From the NCBI GenBank assembly GCA_021732145.1, contig JAKFVN010000005.1, positions 7,019 to 71,018 of the forward strand: DNA of 64,000 nucleotides. The letters are read 5' to 3'. Numbering within the stretch: position 1 is the first letter of the stretch; each line of letters begins with the position of its first letter. Shown in pieces: positions 49,936 to 60,855 of this stretch. The translations under genes were made by a program, and so were the position numbers. The notes beneath the pieces were generated by a model. It was not told the DNA's origin. It made no database searches and worked only from the letters and a program-made list of their open reading frames with translations. The DNA is from Alphaproteobacteria bacterium. Its GTDB lineage: Bacteria > Pseudomonadota > Alphaproteobacteria > UBA9219 > RGZA01.

Positions 49936-51171
49936 ATGAGTGATAACGTGAAGGCATTGAAGCAACCGATTGATTACCCAGAAAAAAATATGGGGCCAAA
50001 ACAAGACACTGCGCTGCGCAGTGTGACGGTGCTTGGCTCGACCGGTTCCGTGGGCACGCAAACGCTGGAACTGATTGAAGCGAACCCGAACCAGTTTAAT
50101 GTCGTTGCCCTGACCGCCAATCAGAACGTTGAACTCCTCATCAAGCAGGCATTGGCGCTGCGCCCTGAACTGGTCGTCATTGGCGATGAAAGCAAGTACA
50201 AGGCATTAAAAGATGGCTTGTCCGGTAAGGGCATTGAAGTCGCCGCAGGCGCGGGGGCCGTCACGCAAGCCGCCCAACGCAAAAGCGATTGGGTGATGGC
50301 CGCGATTGTCGGCGCGGCAGGCTTGCCGCCAACCTTGGCAGCCGTGAAGCGCGGCGCAACGGTTGCGTTTGCGAATAAGGAATGCTTGGTATGCGCGGGG
50401 CCGTTGATGATGCGTGAAGTGCGCGATCACGGCGCGTATCTGCTGCCAGTGGATAGCGAGCACAACGCCATCTATCAGGTGTTTGATGATGAAGGCCGTG
50501 ACGGTATTGAACGGTTAATTCTTACAGCTTCAGGTGGCCCGTTCCGCCACACCAGTTTGGAAGACATGGCGAATGTCACGCCGCAGGAAGCGGTGAAGCA
50601 TCCGGTTTGGTCGATGGGCTCCAAGATTTCCATCGATAGCGCGACGATGATGAATAAGGGGCTGGAAATTATCGAGGCAAGCTTCCTGTTCGATATGCCG
50701 GAAGATAAAATTGGCGTGATTGTCCACCCGCAATCGGTCATTCACAGCATGGTGGAATATAAGGATGGTTCGGTGCTCGCCCAGCTTGGCAGTCCCGATA
50801 TGCGCACGCCGATTGCCTATGCGCTTGCCTACCCCAAGCGCATGACAACGCCGGCTGCGCGCCTGAACCTTGCGCAAATTGGTTCATTAACATTCGAAGA
50901 ACCAGACCCGACCCGTTTCCGCGCGCTGGTGTTGACCAGAGAAGCCTTAAAGCGCGGCGGCACAGCCCCCACCATTTTGAATGCCGCCAATGAAGTAGCG
51001 GTAGATGCGTTTTTAAACAGCCGGATTGGCTTCCTTGATATTGCCAAAATTGTAGAGGAGACTCTTTCGGCCATAACTATCCAGCCGCTTGATACACTTG
51101 AAGCGGTGACGACCAGCGATGCAGCGGCGCGCCGCATTGCATCGGAAAAAGTTAAGGCTTGCGGTAAGTAA
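49936..51171 (+). CDS. dxr: 1-deoxy-D-xylulose 5-phosphate reductoisomerase
   Basis: LGSTGSVG, ANKE, PVDSEH, TASGGPFR, WSMGSKISIDSATMMNKGLE. Confidence 0.98.
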   Translation: MSDNVKALKQPIDYPEKNMGPKQDTALRSVTVLGSTGSVGTQTLELIEANPNQFNVVALTANQNVELLIKQALALRPELVVIGDESKYKALKDGLSGKGIEVAAGAGAVTQAAQRKSDWVMAAIVGAAGLPPTLAAVKRGATVAFANKECLVCAGPLMMREVRDHGAYLLPVDSEHNAIYQVFDDEGRDGIERLILTASGGPFRHTSLEDMANVTPQEAVKHPVWSMGSKISIDSATMMNKGLEIIEASFLFDMPEDKIGVIVHPQSVIHSMVEYKDGSVLAQLGSPDMRTPIAYALAYPKRMTTPAARLNLAQIGSLTFEEPDPTRFRALVLTREALKRGGTAPTILNAANEVAVDAFLNSRIGFLDIAKIVEETLSAITIQPLDTLEAVTTSDAAARRIASEKVKACGK

Positions 51172-51200
51172 GCCGACTAAACCAATTAATAGGAACTTGA

Positions 51201-52334
51201 ATGTTAGATATTTTGCTCCATACCTTGCCATCCTTCCTGCTCGTGCTCGGCATTGTCGTGTTCGTGCATGAATTCGGCCATTACATCGTTGCCAAAATGT
51301 GCGGCGTTAAAATTGAATCCTTCTCGCTCGGCTTTGGCCCTGAAATTGTCGGCTTCAACGATAAATCGGGCACGCGCTGGCGCTTCAGCATTTTGCCCTT
51401 GGGCGGTTATGTAAAAATGTTCGGCGATGCCGATCCATCCAGCACACCGGATGCAAAAGTGCATGTGATGACTGAAAGTGAAAAGAAGCAGGCGTTTTTC
51501 CATAAAACCGTTGGCCAGCGCGCAGCGATTGTTGCGGCGGGCCCTGCTATCAACTTTCTCTTCACCTTTATTGTGTTTGTTGGCCTGTTCACCACTGAAG
51601 GCCAGCCATTCACCCCGCCGCGCATAGGCGACGTAGTAAAGGATGGCCCTGCGGCAATGGCGGGTATTTTGCCCGGCGATACATTCCTGAAAATCAACAC
51701 GGTTGCGGTGACTCGCTTTGAAGATATTCGTTTGGAAATTTCCACCAGTCGCGCCGAACCGATGGTCATCTCCCTTGACCGCGGCGGCGTGGTAATGGAA
51801 AAGACCATCACGCCAAAAATGGCAGAAGTAAAAGACCGTTTTGGCGCGGTGCATCAGGTGGGACAAATTGGCGTGAAAGCCGAAACCGGCAAGATGACCT
51901 ACCGCAAGCTGGAATTTGTTCCAGCGGTGAATGCCGCCGTAACCGAAATGGGCAGCATGGTTGGAACAACACTGAAAGCCATCGGCCAGATTATTGTGGG
52001 CACCAGAGGCACCGAAGAACTGGGCGGGCCATTACGCATTGCCGAAATGTCAGGAAAAATTGGCAAGGAAGGCCTTGTGCCACTGATTTGGTTCATGGCG
52101 GTGATTTCGCTTAGCCTGGGCTTGTTCAACTTATTTCCCATCCCCTTGCTGGATGGCGGACATTTGTTCTTCTATGCAATTGAAGCGATTAAAGGCGGGC
52201 CTGTGAATGAATCCATCATGGAATTCACATCAAAGGTTGGCTTCTTCTTCATCATCAGCATGATGCTGTTCTTTACATGGAACGACATTAATCAGCTACA
52301 GATCTTTAATTATGTTAAAGGTCTCTTTTCCTAA
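51201..52334 (+). CDS. rseP: RIP metalloprotease RseP
   Basis: HEFGH, PDZ domain, NLFPIPLLDGGH. Confidence 0.96.
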   Translation: MLDILLHTLPSFLLVLGIVVFVHEFGHYIVAKMCGVKIESFSLGFGPEIVGFNDKSGTRWRFSILPLGGYVKMFGDADPSSTPDAKVHVMTESEKKQAFFHKTVGQRAAIVAAGPAINFLFTFIVFVGLFTTEGQPFTPPRIGDVVKDGPAAMAGILPGDTFLKINTVAVTRFEDIRLEISTSRAEPMVISLDRGGVVMEKTITPKMAEVKDRFGAVHQVGQIGVKAETGKMTYRKLEFVPAVNAAVTEMGSMVGTTLKAIGQIIVGTRGTEELGGPLRIAEMSGKIGKEGLVPLIWFMAVISLSLGLFNLFPIPLLDGGHLFFYAIEAIKGGPVNESIMEFTSKVGFFFIISMMLFFTWNDINQLQIFNYVKGLFS

Positions 52335-52353
52335 TTCAACCTATCCCGCCTGA

Positions 52354-54717
52354 ATGAATTTATTGGTTCGTTATCTTCTTAGTGCGTTGCTTGTGCTGCT
52401 GTTGCCAGCGCAAGCGTTTGCGTTCCAGTCATTCACGCCGGAAGCGCAAAGTCTTGATGCCGGGCCGGTATTTGGCGCAGAGCCTGCTGCGCCGCCAGCG
52501 GAAAGCGCGCCGATTATTTCCGATGTACGGGTAGAAGGCGTGCAGCGTATTGAAGCCGACACGGTGCGTTCATACCTGTCGCTGACCAAGGGCGATGCCG
52601 CCACAACCGCCAAAATGAATGATAGCGTGAAAGTATTATTCTCAACCGGATTTTTCTCCGATGTGCATGTCAGCCTCGCCGAAGGCAATGTACTGCTGGT
52701 GAAGGTAGCGGAAAACCCCGTGATTAACCGCGTGGTATTTGAAGGCAACCATGCGATTGAAACGAAGGATCTGGAAAAGGAAATCCAGTTAAAGGTGCGC
52801 CAAGTTTATACCAAAAGCCGCGTTAAGAGCGATACGCAGCGTATCTTGGACGTGTACCGCCGTTCCGGCCGCTTTGCCGTATTGGTGGAGCCAAAGGTAA
52901 TTAGCCTTGAGCAAAACCGCGTGGATTTGGTGTTTGAAGTAACCGAAGGCGCGCGCACGGGCGTGCGCCGCATCAACTTCATTGGCAATAAGGTGTTTGA
53001 TGATGAGGAATTGCGCGCCGCAGTGAATACCCGTGAAACCGAATGGTGGCGTTTCTTCAGCAATTCCGATTTTTATGACCCCGACCGTTTGAACTATGAC
53101 AAGGAATTGCTGCGCAGATTTTATCTGAACAACGGCTATGTCGATTTCCGCGTGCTGTCATCCCATGCCGAATTGACGCCAGACCGCAAGGATTTCCTTA
53201 TCACCTTCGCGATTGAAGAAGGGGAGAAATACACCTTTGGCAAGGTTGAGTTGCGCACAACGCTGAAGCGCATTAATCTTGATGCGCTGCGCGCGAAAAT
53301 TACCACCGCCACTGGCGATACCTATAGTGCGGAAAAGATTGAGAAAAGCGTTGCGCAACTGACCGCTGCGATTGGCGATTTGCAATATGGCTTCGCGCAG
53401 GTGCAGCCCAAACTGAACCCCGATAAGGCGAAGCGCATGGTGGATATTAATTATGCGGTGAATGAAGGGCCGCGTGTATTCGTGCAGCGTATCGATATTG
53501 CCGGCAATACCCGCACGCTTGACCGCGTTATCCGCCGCCAGATGCGATTATCGGAAGGTGACCCGTTCCTGAACAGCAAGGTCAAGAAATCCGAGCAAAA
53601 CATTCGCGATTTGGGCTTCTTTGAGGATGTGAAGGTAACGCCAAGCGAAGGCGGGCAGCCTGACCAATCCGTCATTGCGGTGGATGTAAAGGAAAAATCA
53701 ACCGGCGATTTCTCTATTGGCGCGGGATTCTCGTCAACCGACGGGCCTTTGGGCGACTTCAGCATTAATGAACGAAACCTGCTGGGCAAGGGTCAGAACC
53801 TGCGCTTTGGCATTCAGGCATCTGCCCGTACGCAGCAATATGACATCAGCTTTACCGAGCCGTATTTCCTTGGAAAGGACTTAGCGACGGGCTTGGACTT
53901 GTTCCGCATCACCCGAGATAATCAGAATTCAAGCTCGTTCAATGAAGCGCGCAATGGCTTTAACCTGCGTGCGGGCTATGCGCTGTCAGACGTGCTTAAT
54001 GAAAAATGGAATTACGGTTTAACGCAAACCAAGATTACCAACGTACCTATTACCGCATCGCGCTTTGTTCGCGAACAGCAGGGCTCCAGCATCACATCCC
54101 TGATTGGCCATGAATTGCTGTATGATAAGCGCAACAGCAAGCTGAATCCGACCGAAGGCTTTTATTTGAAAATGAATAATGATCTGGCGGGGCTTGGCGG
54201 CAATGTGCAGTTCTTGCGCGCCAAGCTGGGCGGCGCATATTATACCCCATTATTCAATAAGTGGACATTGACCCTGGGCGGCGAGGTTGGCTACATCTTC
54301 GGCCTTGGCCAGAATGTGCGCATCAACGACCGTTTCTATCTGGGGGGCGAAAACCTGCGCGGCTTTAAGTTTGCCGGCGTTGGCCCGCGTGACTTGACGC
54401 GCGGCGTGAACGATGCTTTGGGCGGCAACCGCTTTGGGCGTACCCGCGTGGAAGTCAGTTTCCCGACAGGCCTACCCGAAGAGTTTGGCGTGCGCGGCCG
54501 CGTATTTAACGATGCCGGCATTCTTGATCAGGTGGATGCAACCCCGCTGCCGGGTGAAAATTTCAAATCTGCCACTAAACTTCGCATGAGTGCTGGTATT
54601 GGTATTACATGGCAATCGCCGTTCGGCCCAATCGGGGTGGATTTGGCGCAGCCCATTCTTAAAGAATCCTATGACGTAACTGAATTCTTCCGCTTCAGCT
54701 TTGGTACACGCTTCTAG
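52354..54717 (+). CDS. bamA: outer membrane protein assembly factor BamA
   Basis: POTRA repeats, LRGF loop, C-terminal FSFGTRF. Confidence 0.97.
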   Translation: MNLLVRYLLSALLVLLLPAQAFAFQSFTPEAQSLDAGPVFGAEPAAPPAESAPIISDVRVEGVQRIEADTVRSYLSLTKGDAATTAKMNDSVKVLFSTGFFSDVHVSLAEGNVLLVKVAENPVINRVVFEGNHAIETKDLEKEIQLKVRQVYTKSRVKSDTQRILDVYRRSGRFAVLVEPKVISLEQNRVDLVFEVTEGARTGVRRINFIGNKVFDDEELRAAVNTRETEWWRFFSNSDFYDPDRLNYDKELLRRFYLNNGYVDFRVLSSHAELTPDRKDFLITFAIEEGEKYTFGKVELRTTLKRINLDALRAKITTATGDTYSAEKIEKSVAQLTAAIGDLQYGFAQVQPKLNPDKAKRMVDINYAVNEGPRVFVQRIDIAGNTRTLDRVIRRQMRLSEGDPFLNSKVKKSEQNIRDLGFFEDVKVTPSEGGQPDQSVIAVDVKEKSTGDFSIGAGFSSTDGPLGDFSINERNLLGKGQNLRFGIQASARTQQYDISFTEPYFLGKDLATGLDLFRITRDNQNSSSFNEARNGFNLRAGYALSDVLNEKWNYGLTQTKITNVPITASRFVREQQGSSITSLIGHELLYDKRNSKLNPTEGFYLKMNNDLAGLGGNVQFLRAKLGGAYYTPLFNKWTLTLGGEVGYIFGLGQNVRINDRFYLGGENLRGFKFAGVGPRDLTRGVNDALGGNRFGRTRVEVSFPTGLPEEFGVRGRVFNDAGILDQVDATPLPGENFKSATKLRMSAGIGITWQSPFGPIGVDLAQPILKESYDVTEFFRFSFGTRF

Positions 54718-54731
54718 CATTTGGGTTTCTC

Positions 54732-55328
54732 ATGACACGGTTACTGGCAATCATCATCGCATTTTGGGCATTCACGGCAATGGCTGAAGTGGCCCCGGCG
54801 CCGCCCGGCGCGCCCGCAACGCCGCGCTTCCCGATTTTGATTGTGGATGTAAAGCACGTGCTGGATGATTCAAAGGCAGCCATCAGCGCGCAAAAGAAAA
54901 TTGAAGTGCAGCGCAGCGCGTTCCAGGATGAAATCTCGTCGCAGGAAAAGAAAATCCGGGAAGCGGAACAGGAACTGGTACAGCAGCGCGGCAAGCTGGA
55001 TGAAAAAGCCTATGCCGAAAAAGAAACCCAGCTGCGCCAGAAATTCCGTGACGTTGAAAAATACGTTCAGGAACGCCGCGCGACATTGGAAAAGGCAACC
55101 AGCCAATCCTTGGGCAAGGTGCATGATGTGATGCAGGGGATAGTTTCCGACATCGCCAAGAAGCGCGGCGCGCAATTGGTGCTGGCAAAGCAGGGCAATC
55201 AGGCTGTGCTATGGACCATTGACGGCAACGATATTACCGCGGAAGTCAGCGCCCGTTTGAACGCGCAATTGCCGGATATCGCTGTCAACATTGATGTTCC
55301 GGATGCAAAAAAAGACCCCGCTAAATAA
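54732..55328 (+). CDS. skp: OmpH/Skp periplasmic chaperone
   Basis: Signal peptide, coiled coil, DIT motif; position after bamA. Confidence 0.88.
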   Translation: MTRLLAIIIAFWAFTAMAEVAPAPPGAPATPRFPILIVDVKHVLDDSKAAISAQKKIEVQRSAFQDEISSQEKKIREAEQELVQQRGKLDEKAYAEKETQLRQKFRDVEKYVQERRATLEKATSQSLGKVHDVMQGIVSDIAKKRGAQLVLAKQGNQAVLWTIDGNDITAEVSARLNAQLPDIAVNIDVPDAKKDPAK

Positions 55329-55485
55329 AGATTTTTGAAGCCTGTTTTTGTCGCATTTTCTAAGGAAAACCGGTGCCGTCTTTTCCCGAAAATGCTATAT
55401 CACCTTGATTTTACATTGATTTGCAGGACGAAATAAGGCATTGATAAACGCTCTTCATTTTCCAAGAGCCGTGCCGAGACCCACC

Positions 55486-55986
55486 ATGACTGACGCAAAA
55501 GCAAAATCCAGCACCACGATTGATATCCAAGGGATTATGAACCGCATCCCGCATCGTTACCCGATGCTGCTGATTGACCGCGTGATTGATGTGGTAACGG
55601 GCGAAAGTGCCACAGGCGTTAAGAACGTGACGGTGAATGAACCATTTTTCCAAGGCCATTTCCCCGGCCACCCGATTATGCCGGGCGTGTTGATTGTGGA
55701 GGCGATGGCGCAGACCTCTGCCGTGCTCGTCGTCGATATGCTCGATGAAATCGAGGAAGGCCGCCATATGGTGTATTTCATGACAATTGATGAGGCGCGC
55801 TTCCGTCGCCCGGTATTCCCCGGCGATACGCTGCACATTAAGGTCAAGAAAGATCGCCAGCGCGGCAATGTATGGAAGTTCAGGGGCGAAGCCTATGTGG
55901 GCAGCGACAAGGTTGCCGAAGCGATGTATAGCGCCATGCTGATTGATACCAAGCGCGAAAGCATGCTTGGCCAGGATAAACAATAG
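55486..55986 (+). CDS. fabZ: 3-hydroxyacyl-ACP dehydratase
   Basis: PHRYPMLLIDRV, EPFFQGHFPGHPIMPGVLIVEAMAQ. Confidence 0.97.
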   Translation: MTDAKAKSSTTIDIQGIMNRIPHRYPMLLIDRVIDVVTGESATGVKNVTVNEPFFQGHFPGHPIMPGVLIVEAMAQTSAVLVVDMLDEIEEGRHMVYFMTIDEARFRRPVFPGDTLHIKVKKDRQRGNVWKFRGEAYVGSDKVAEAMYSAMLIDTKRESMLGQDKQ

Positions 55987-55994
55987 GAACAACC

Positions 55995-56798
55995 GTGGCG
56001 CAGGAACTTCATAAAACCGCAATCATTGACCCTGCCGCGAGCATCGCGGATGGCGTGAGCATTGGCCCGTATTGCGTGATTGGCCCGGATGTAAAGCTTA
56101 GCTGGAATGTGAAGCTGCACAGCCATGTAGTGATTGATGGCAATACCAGCATTGGCGAAGGCACCGAAATTTACCCCTTCGCATCCATCGGCACCGCGCC
56201 GCAGGATAAGAAATTCAAGGGCGAGCATTCGCGCCTTGAAATCGGCAAGCGCAATTCCATCCGCGAGCATGTGACGATTAACCCCGGCACCGAAGGTGGC
56301 GGGCTTGTTACCAAAATCGGCGATGATTGCCTGATTATGATTGGCGCGCATGTGGCGCATGATTGCCAGATTGGCAATAACGTTATTCTGGTCAACAACG
56401 CGACGCTGGCGGGCCATGTGCATGTGGGCCACCACGCGATTATTGGCGGCAATTCCGCCGTGCACCAATTTGTGCGCATTGGCGCGCATGCGATGATTGG
56501 CGGCATGTCGGGCGTTGAAAACGATGTTATTCCGTATGGCACCGTAATGGGCGAACGCGCACGTCTGGCCGGATTAAATCTGGTTGGCCTTGAACGCCGC
56601 GGTTTCAAGAAAGAACAAATCAATGAACTGCGTAATGCGTACCGCATGCTGTTTGCACCGGAAGGCACATTCTCCGAGCGCCTGGAAGGCGTTGCGGATA
56701 ATTATGCGGCATCGGAAGTTGTCAAAGACATCGTCGCTTTCATTCGCAACAAATCTTCGCGGCCCATTTGCCAGCCGCGCAGTGATCAAGCTGCATAA
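55995..56798 (+). CDS. lpxA: UDP-N-acetylglucosamine acyltransferase
   Basis: Hexapeptide repeats, PQDKKFKGE, HVAHDC, GLNLVGLERRGF. Confidence 0.97.
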   Translation: MAQELHKTAIIDPAASIADGVSIGPYCVIGPDVKLSWNVKLHSHVVIDGNTSIGEGTEIYPFASIGTAPQDKKFKGEHSRLEIGKRNSIREHVTINPGTEGGGLVTKIGDDCLIMIGAHVAHDCQIGNNVILVNNATLAGHVHVGHHAIIGGNSAVHQFVRIGAHAMIGGMSGVENDVIPYGTVMGERARLAGLNLVGLERRGFKKEQINELRNAYRMLFAPEGTFSERLEGVADNYAASEVVKDIVAFIRNKSSRPICQPRSDQAA

Positions 56799-56804
56799 TT
56801 CTGC

Positions 56805-57629
56805 ATGGAAAAGCCACTCGGTATCATTGCTGGTGGTGGGGAAGCCCCAAAACGCTTGATTGCGCAATGCCTGCGCATGAACAAGCCATTCCATGTTCTG
56901 GCGCTGGAAGGCCAGACCGATAAAGACATTATCGATATCGCCGATGATTTGCCCATTAGCTGGCTGCCGCTTGGCGCTGCCGCTGCCGCCATCGCGCTCG
57001 GCAAGGAAAAAGGCGTAACCGATGTGGTGTTGCTGGGCCGCGTTCGCCGCCCAAGCCTTGCCGAATTAAAACCCGATTGGCTGATGGTGCAAAAGCTGGC
57101 GCGCATTGGCTTTGGTGTTTTGGGTGATGATGGGCTTTTGAAAGCCATCGCCAAGGAATTTGAAATGGAAGGCTTCCATATTGTCGCTGTGCAGGATGTA
57201 TTCGCGGATGTGCTGTTTCCTGAAGGCCAGCTTGGCAAGCATGCAGCCAATGAAACCGCGCAAACCGATATTAAGCGCGGCATTGAAATTGCGCGCACCC
57301 TTGGCGCGCTGGATGTAGGCCAAGCGGTGGTGGTGCAGCAGGGCATTGTGCTGGGCATTGAAGCGATTGAAGGCACCGATGCGCTGATTGGCCGCGCGGG
57401 CGTATTAAAACGCGAAGGCGCAGCGCCGGTATTGGTGAAATTGAAAAAACCGCAGCAGGATATGCGCCTTGATTTGCCAGCCATCGGCATTTCCACGGTG
57501 CGCGAAGCGCGCGCCGCCGGGTTTTGTGGCATTGCCGCGCAAGCGGGCGGTTGCCTGTTGATTGATCGCGAGGAAGCGATTAAAGCCGCAGATGCCGCCG
57601 GCATGTTTATTATCGGGCTGAAGCTATGA
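56805..57629 (+). CDS. lpxI: UDP-2,3-diacylglucosamine diphosphatase LpxI
   Basis: GIIAGGG, DVGQAVVV, EAIEGTDALI, QDMRLDLPAIG; lies between lpxA and lpxB. Confidence 0.93.
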   Translation: MEKPLGIIAGGGEAPKRLIAQCLRMNKPFHVLALEGQTDKDIIDIADDLPISWLPLGAAAAAIALGKEKGVTDVVLLGRVRRPSLAELKPDWLMVQKLARIGFGVLGDDGLLKAIAKEFEMEGFHIVAVQDVFADVLFPEGQLGKHAANETAQTDIKRGIEIARTLGALDVGQAVVVQQGIVLGIEAIEGTDALIGRAGVLKREGAAPVLVKLKKPQQDMRLDLPAIGISTVREARAAGFCGIAAQAGGCLLIDREEAIKAADAAGMFIIGLKL

Positions 57630-58804
57630 ACCAAGGAACAGCCGATAAGGTGCCGTGTTTTTTTTTGGTGGCCTGCGAACCATCGGGTGATTTGCTCGGC
57701 GCGCGGTTGATGTCGGCTTTAAAAAAGCTGTTTAATGGCCAGGTGCGGTTTGAAGGCGTGGGCGGTGAACGCATGCAGGCGGAAGGGCTTAATACCCTGT
57801 TCCAGCAATCGGAACTGGCGCTGTTTGGCCTGGTTGAATTGCTGCCAAAAATCCCGCATGTGCTCAAACGCCTTGAAGAAACAGTGGAGGCCGCCAAGCG
57901 CATCAAGCCCGATGCCGTGATTACGATTGATGGCCCTGATTTTTGTTTTCGTCTGGCAAAAAAGCTAAAAGGTCAGAAAATTCCGCTCATTCATTATGTC
58001 GCGCCAACCGTGTGGGCATGGCGACCCGGGCGCGCGAAAAAAATTGCCAAACTGTATGACCATTTGCTGGCGATTTTGCCATTTGAACCGCCGTATTTTG
58101 AAAAGGTTGGCCTGCCATGCACCTTTGTGGGGCACACCGTGATGGAGCAGGGCGCGGATAAGGGCGACGCGGAACGCTTTTATAAGGAAATGAATGTTCC
58201 GCGTAATATGAAAATCATCACGGTGCTGCCCGGCAGCCGCCGCAGTGAAATTAAACGCCTTGCGCCTGTGTTTGCCGAAACGCTGAAGCATCTTCAGCCA
58301 TTGACCGAAGGGTTTAAGGTCATTGTGCCGACCGTGCCGCAGGTTCTGGATTTTCTTGGGCCATATTTAAAAAACTGGCCCATTAAGCCGTTGGTATTAA
58401 TTGGCGACCAGCAAAAATACGATGCCTTCGCGGCAAGCCATGTGTCACTCGCGGCATCGGGCACGGTTGCGCTGGAGCTCGCGCTTGCCAAAACGCCGCA
58501 TATTATCGCGTATAAACTGAACCCGATTACCGTGTTGCTGTATCGCTGGTTCATCAAGGTCAAATACGCGAATTTGACCAATTTACTGCTGAACCGCCTG
58601 GTTGTGCCGGAATTCTTGCAGGAATTCTGCGCGCCCGAAGCGATGTCGAAGAAATTATTTGAATTATGGAGCGATGCATCGGCGCGCAACAACCAGCGCA
58701 AGGCGTTTGATGAAATAAAAACCATGCTGATTAACGGCGATATGCCTCCATCTGAAAAAGCCGCGCGCGTGGTATGCGAGGTTGCGAATGTCCGCATCCG
58801 ATAA
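57626..58804 (+). CDS. lpxB: lipid-A-disaccharide synthase
   Basis: EPSGDLLG, YVAPTVWAWR, LPFE, LPGSRRSE, SGTVALE. Confidence 0.97.
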   Translation: MNQGTADKVPCFFLVACEPSGDLLGARLMSALKKLFNGQVRFEGVGGERMQAEGLNTLFQQSELALFGLVELLPKIPHVLKRLEETVEAAKRIKPDAVITIDGPDFCFRLAKKLKGQKIPLIHYVAPTVWAWRPGRAKKIAKLYDHLLAILPFEPPYFEKVGLPCTFVGHTVMEQGADKGDAERFYKEMNVPRNMKIITVLPGSRRSEIKRLAPVFAETLKHLQPLTEGFKVIVPTVPQVLDFLGPYLKNWPIKPLVLIGDQQKYDAFAASHVSLAASGTVALELALAKTPHIIAYKLNPITVLLYRWFIKVKYANLTNLLLNRLVVPEFLQEFCAPEAMSKKLFELWSDASARNNQRKAFDEIKTMLINGDMPPSEKAARVVCEVANVRIR

Positions 58805-59924
58805 GCTCACCGTATTGCAGGTTATTCCAAGCCTTGAAGCAGGCGGGGCAGAACGCGCGACCGTGGATATTTCCGTAGCGCTGATTAAAGCAGGGCATGA
58901 AGCAATTGTGGTGAGCAAAGGCGGGTATTTGCAGGCGGAATTGCAGGCCAAGCATGCGCGGCATATCCGCCACGATGTCGCGAGCAAGAACCTGTTCCGC
59001 ATGCTATTTAACGCATTTTTCCTGGCATACATCATCATCAAGGAAGAAGTGGATGTTATTCATGCGCGCAGCCGCGCCCCGGCATGGAGCGCATTATGGG
59101 CATCGCGCATGACGGGCATTCCGTTTATCACGACATTCCATGCGGCATATAAGGGCAGTTTCTTTTTAAAAAAATGGTATAACAGCGTGATGACGAAGTC
59201 TGACCGCATCATCGCGATTTCGGAATTCATCGCGCGGCACATCAAAAAGAATTACGGCGTGAACGCATCACGCATCACGGTCATTCCGCGCGGAATTGAC
59301 ATGGGCGTATATGATGCCGCCAGCATTTCCGATGAACGCAAGCAGAAATTGCTGAATAGCTGGAATAATAAAGCGGGCGTGCCGGTGATGATCATGCCAG
59401 GGCGCTTATCGCCGATTAAGGGGCATGAATTGGTGCTGGATGCCTTAAGCACCCTGAAGCAGCACCCGTTTATATGCGTATTTATTGGCCCCGACCAAGG
59501 CCGCAGCAAATACAGCGAACGCCTGCGCGGTTTAGTTGAGGAATATGGTTTGAAAGACAAAATCATGTGGATGGATGGCGGTGATGTGCCCGCCGCCTAT
59601 TCGCTGGCGCAACTGGTGTTAAGCCCCAGCCAGGTTGCGGAAGGGTTCGGGCGCGTGCCCGTGGAAGCGCAGGCGATGGGCGTGCCCGTGATTGCAACGG
59701 CGCTTGGCGCAACCGATGAAACGATAATGGATGGTCAAACCGGATGGCTGGTGCCACCTGGTGATGCGCAGGCGCTAAGCAACGCGATTTTAAAATGCCT
59801 ACTGCTCAGCGCGGATGAACGCGCCGTCATGTCAAAGCGCGCAAAAGATTACGTGCATGGCAAATTCCAGCTGCAGCACATGTGCGCCGCCACATTGCAG
59901 GTCTATGCGGAGATCGTGAAGTGA
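58788..59924 (+). CDS. glycosyltransferase family 4
   Basis: GGAER, HARSRAPAW, EGFGRVPVEAQAMG. Confidence 0.92.
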   Translation: MSASDKLTVLQVIPSLEAGGAERATVDISVALIKAGHEAIVVSKGGYLQAELQAKHARHIRHDVASKNLFRMLFNAFFLAYIIIKEEVDVIHARSRAPAWSALWASRMTGIPFITTFHAAYKGSFFLKKWYNSVMTKSDRIIAISEFIARHIKKNYGVNASRITVIPRGIDMGVYDAASISDERKQKLLNSWNNKAGVPVMIMPGRLSPIKGHELVLDALSTLKQHPFICVFIGPDQGRSKYSERLRGLVEEYGLKDKIMWMDGGDVPAAYSLAQLVLSPSQVAEGFGRVPVEAQAMGVPVIATALGATDETIMDGQTGWLVPPGDAQALSNAILKCLLLSADERAVMSKRAKDYVHGKFQLQHMCAATLQVYAEIVK

Positions 59925-60850
59925 GCAGTCCCAAAAATATCATGGTCATTCGCTTGGGCGCGCTTGGCGATATTCTGCTGTGCATGAAGCCGTTTCAGGA
60001 TATCCGCGCGGCGCAGAACAATGCGAAAGTGACGTTATTGACCATGCCGGCCTTTGCGGGGCTTGCGCGCCAGATGCCGTGGTTTGATGCAGTCATTGAG
60101 GATAAGCGCCCAAGCTGGTGGCAATGGGATGAATGGAAAAAATTATACCATGCCATGCGCTCGCAGAATTTTGATTGCGTGATTGATTTGCAGAACAAGC
60201 CGCGCTCCCGTTTTTACAAACCATTTTTCTTTGCTAAAGACGTGCAATGGTCAAGCACCGCCAGCAATTCCACATTCCCGCCAACGACTTTTCCGTTGAA
60301 AATCCACCGCCAGCAGGAATTGCTGGTGCAATTGCGTAATGCAGGTATTGGCGATAGCGGCCCGTTAAATCTGGATTGGCTGGCAGCGCCGATTAATGAT
60401 TTAAATTTGCCTGCGCGCTATGTGGTGTTTATTCCGGGCTGTTCGCCGCATCTCCTGCATAAACGCTGGCCGCCCGCGCATTACGCCAAATTGGCAAAAA
60501 GCTTTGCTGATATGGGCTGCGGCGTGGTGGTGGTGGGCACCAAGGCCGATGCCGTATCCATCGCCGCGATTAAGGAAGCAGCGGGCTTTATTATTGATGT
60601 ATCTGGCCGCACCAGCTTCGCGCAATTGGCAAGCCTGGTGCGCAAGGCCGAAGGCGTGGTGGGTAATGACACAGGCCCCACATTCCTGGCGGCAATGGTG
60701 GGCGCGCCAACGCTTACCCTTATGTCGCATCACACCGACCCCGTGCGGTCTGGCCCGGTTGGCCCGCGTTGTGCATGGCTGAAGGAAAACAATATCGCGG
60801 ATATCAGCGTTGAAGCGGTTCAGCGCGAAATGGCCAAGTTAATTAAATAG
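59921..60850 (+). CDS. glycosyltransferase family 9 (heptosyltransferase-like)
   Basis: IRLGALGDI, IDLQ, KRWP, GNDTGP. Confidence 0.9.
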   Translation: MSSPKNIMVIRLGALGDILLCMKPFQDIRAAQNNAKVTLLTMPAFAGLARQMPWFDAVIEDKRPSWWQWDEWKKLYHAMRSQNFDCVIDLQNKPRSRFYKPFFFAKDVQWSSTASNSTFPPTTFPLKIHRQQELLVQLRNAGIGDSGPLNLDWLAAPINDLNLPARYVVFIPGCSPHLLHKRWPPAHYAKLAKSFADMGCGVVVVGTKADAVSIAAIKEAAGFIIDVSGRTSFAQLASLVRKAEGVVGNDTGPTFLAAMVGAPTLTLMSHHTDPVRSGPVGPRCAWLKENNIADISVEAVQREMAKLIK

Positions 60851-60855
60851 GCTTC

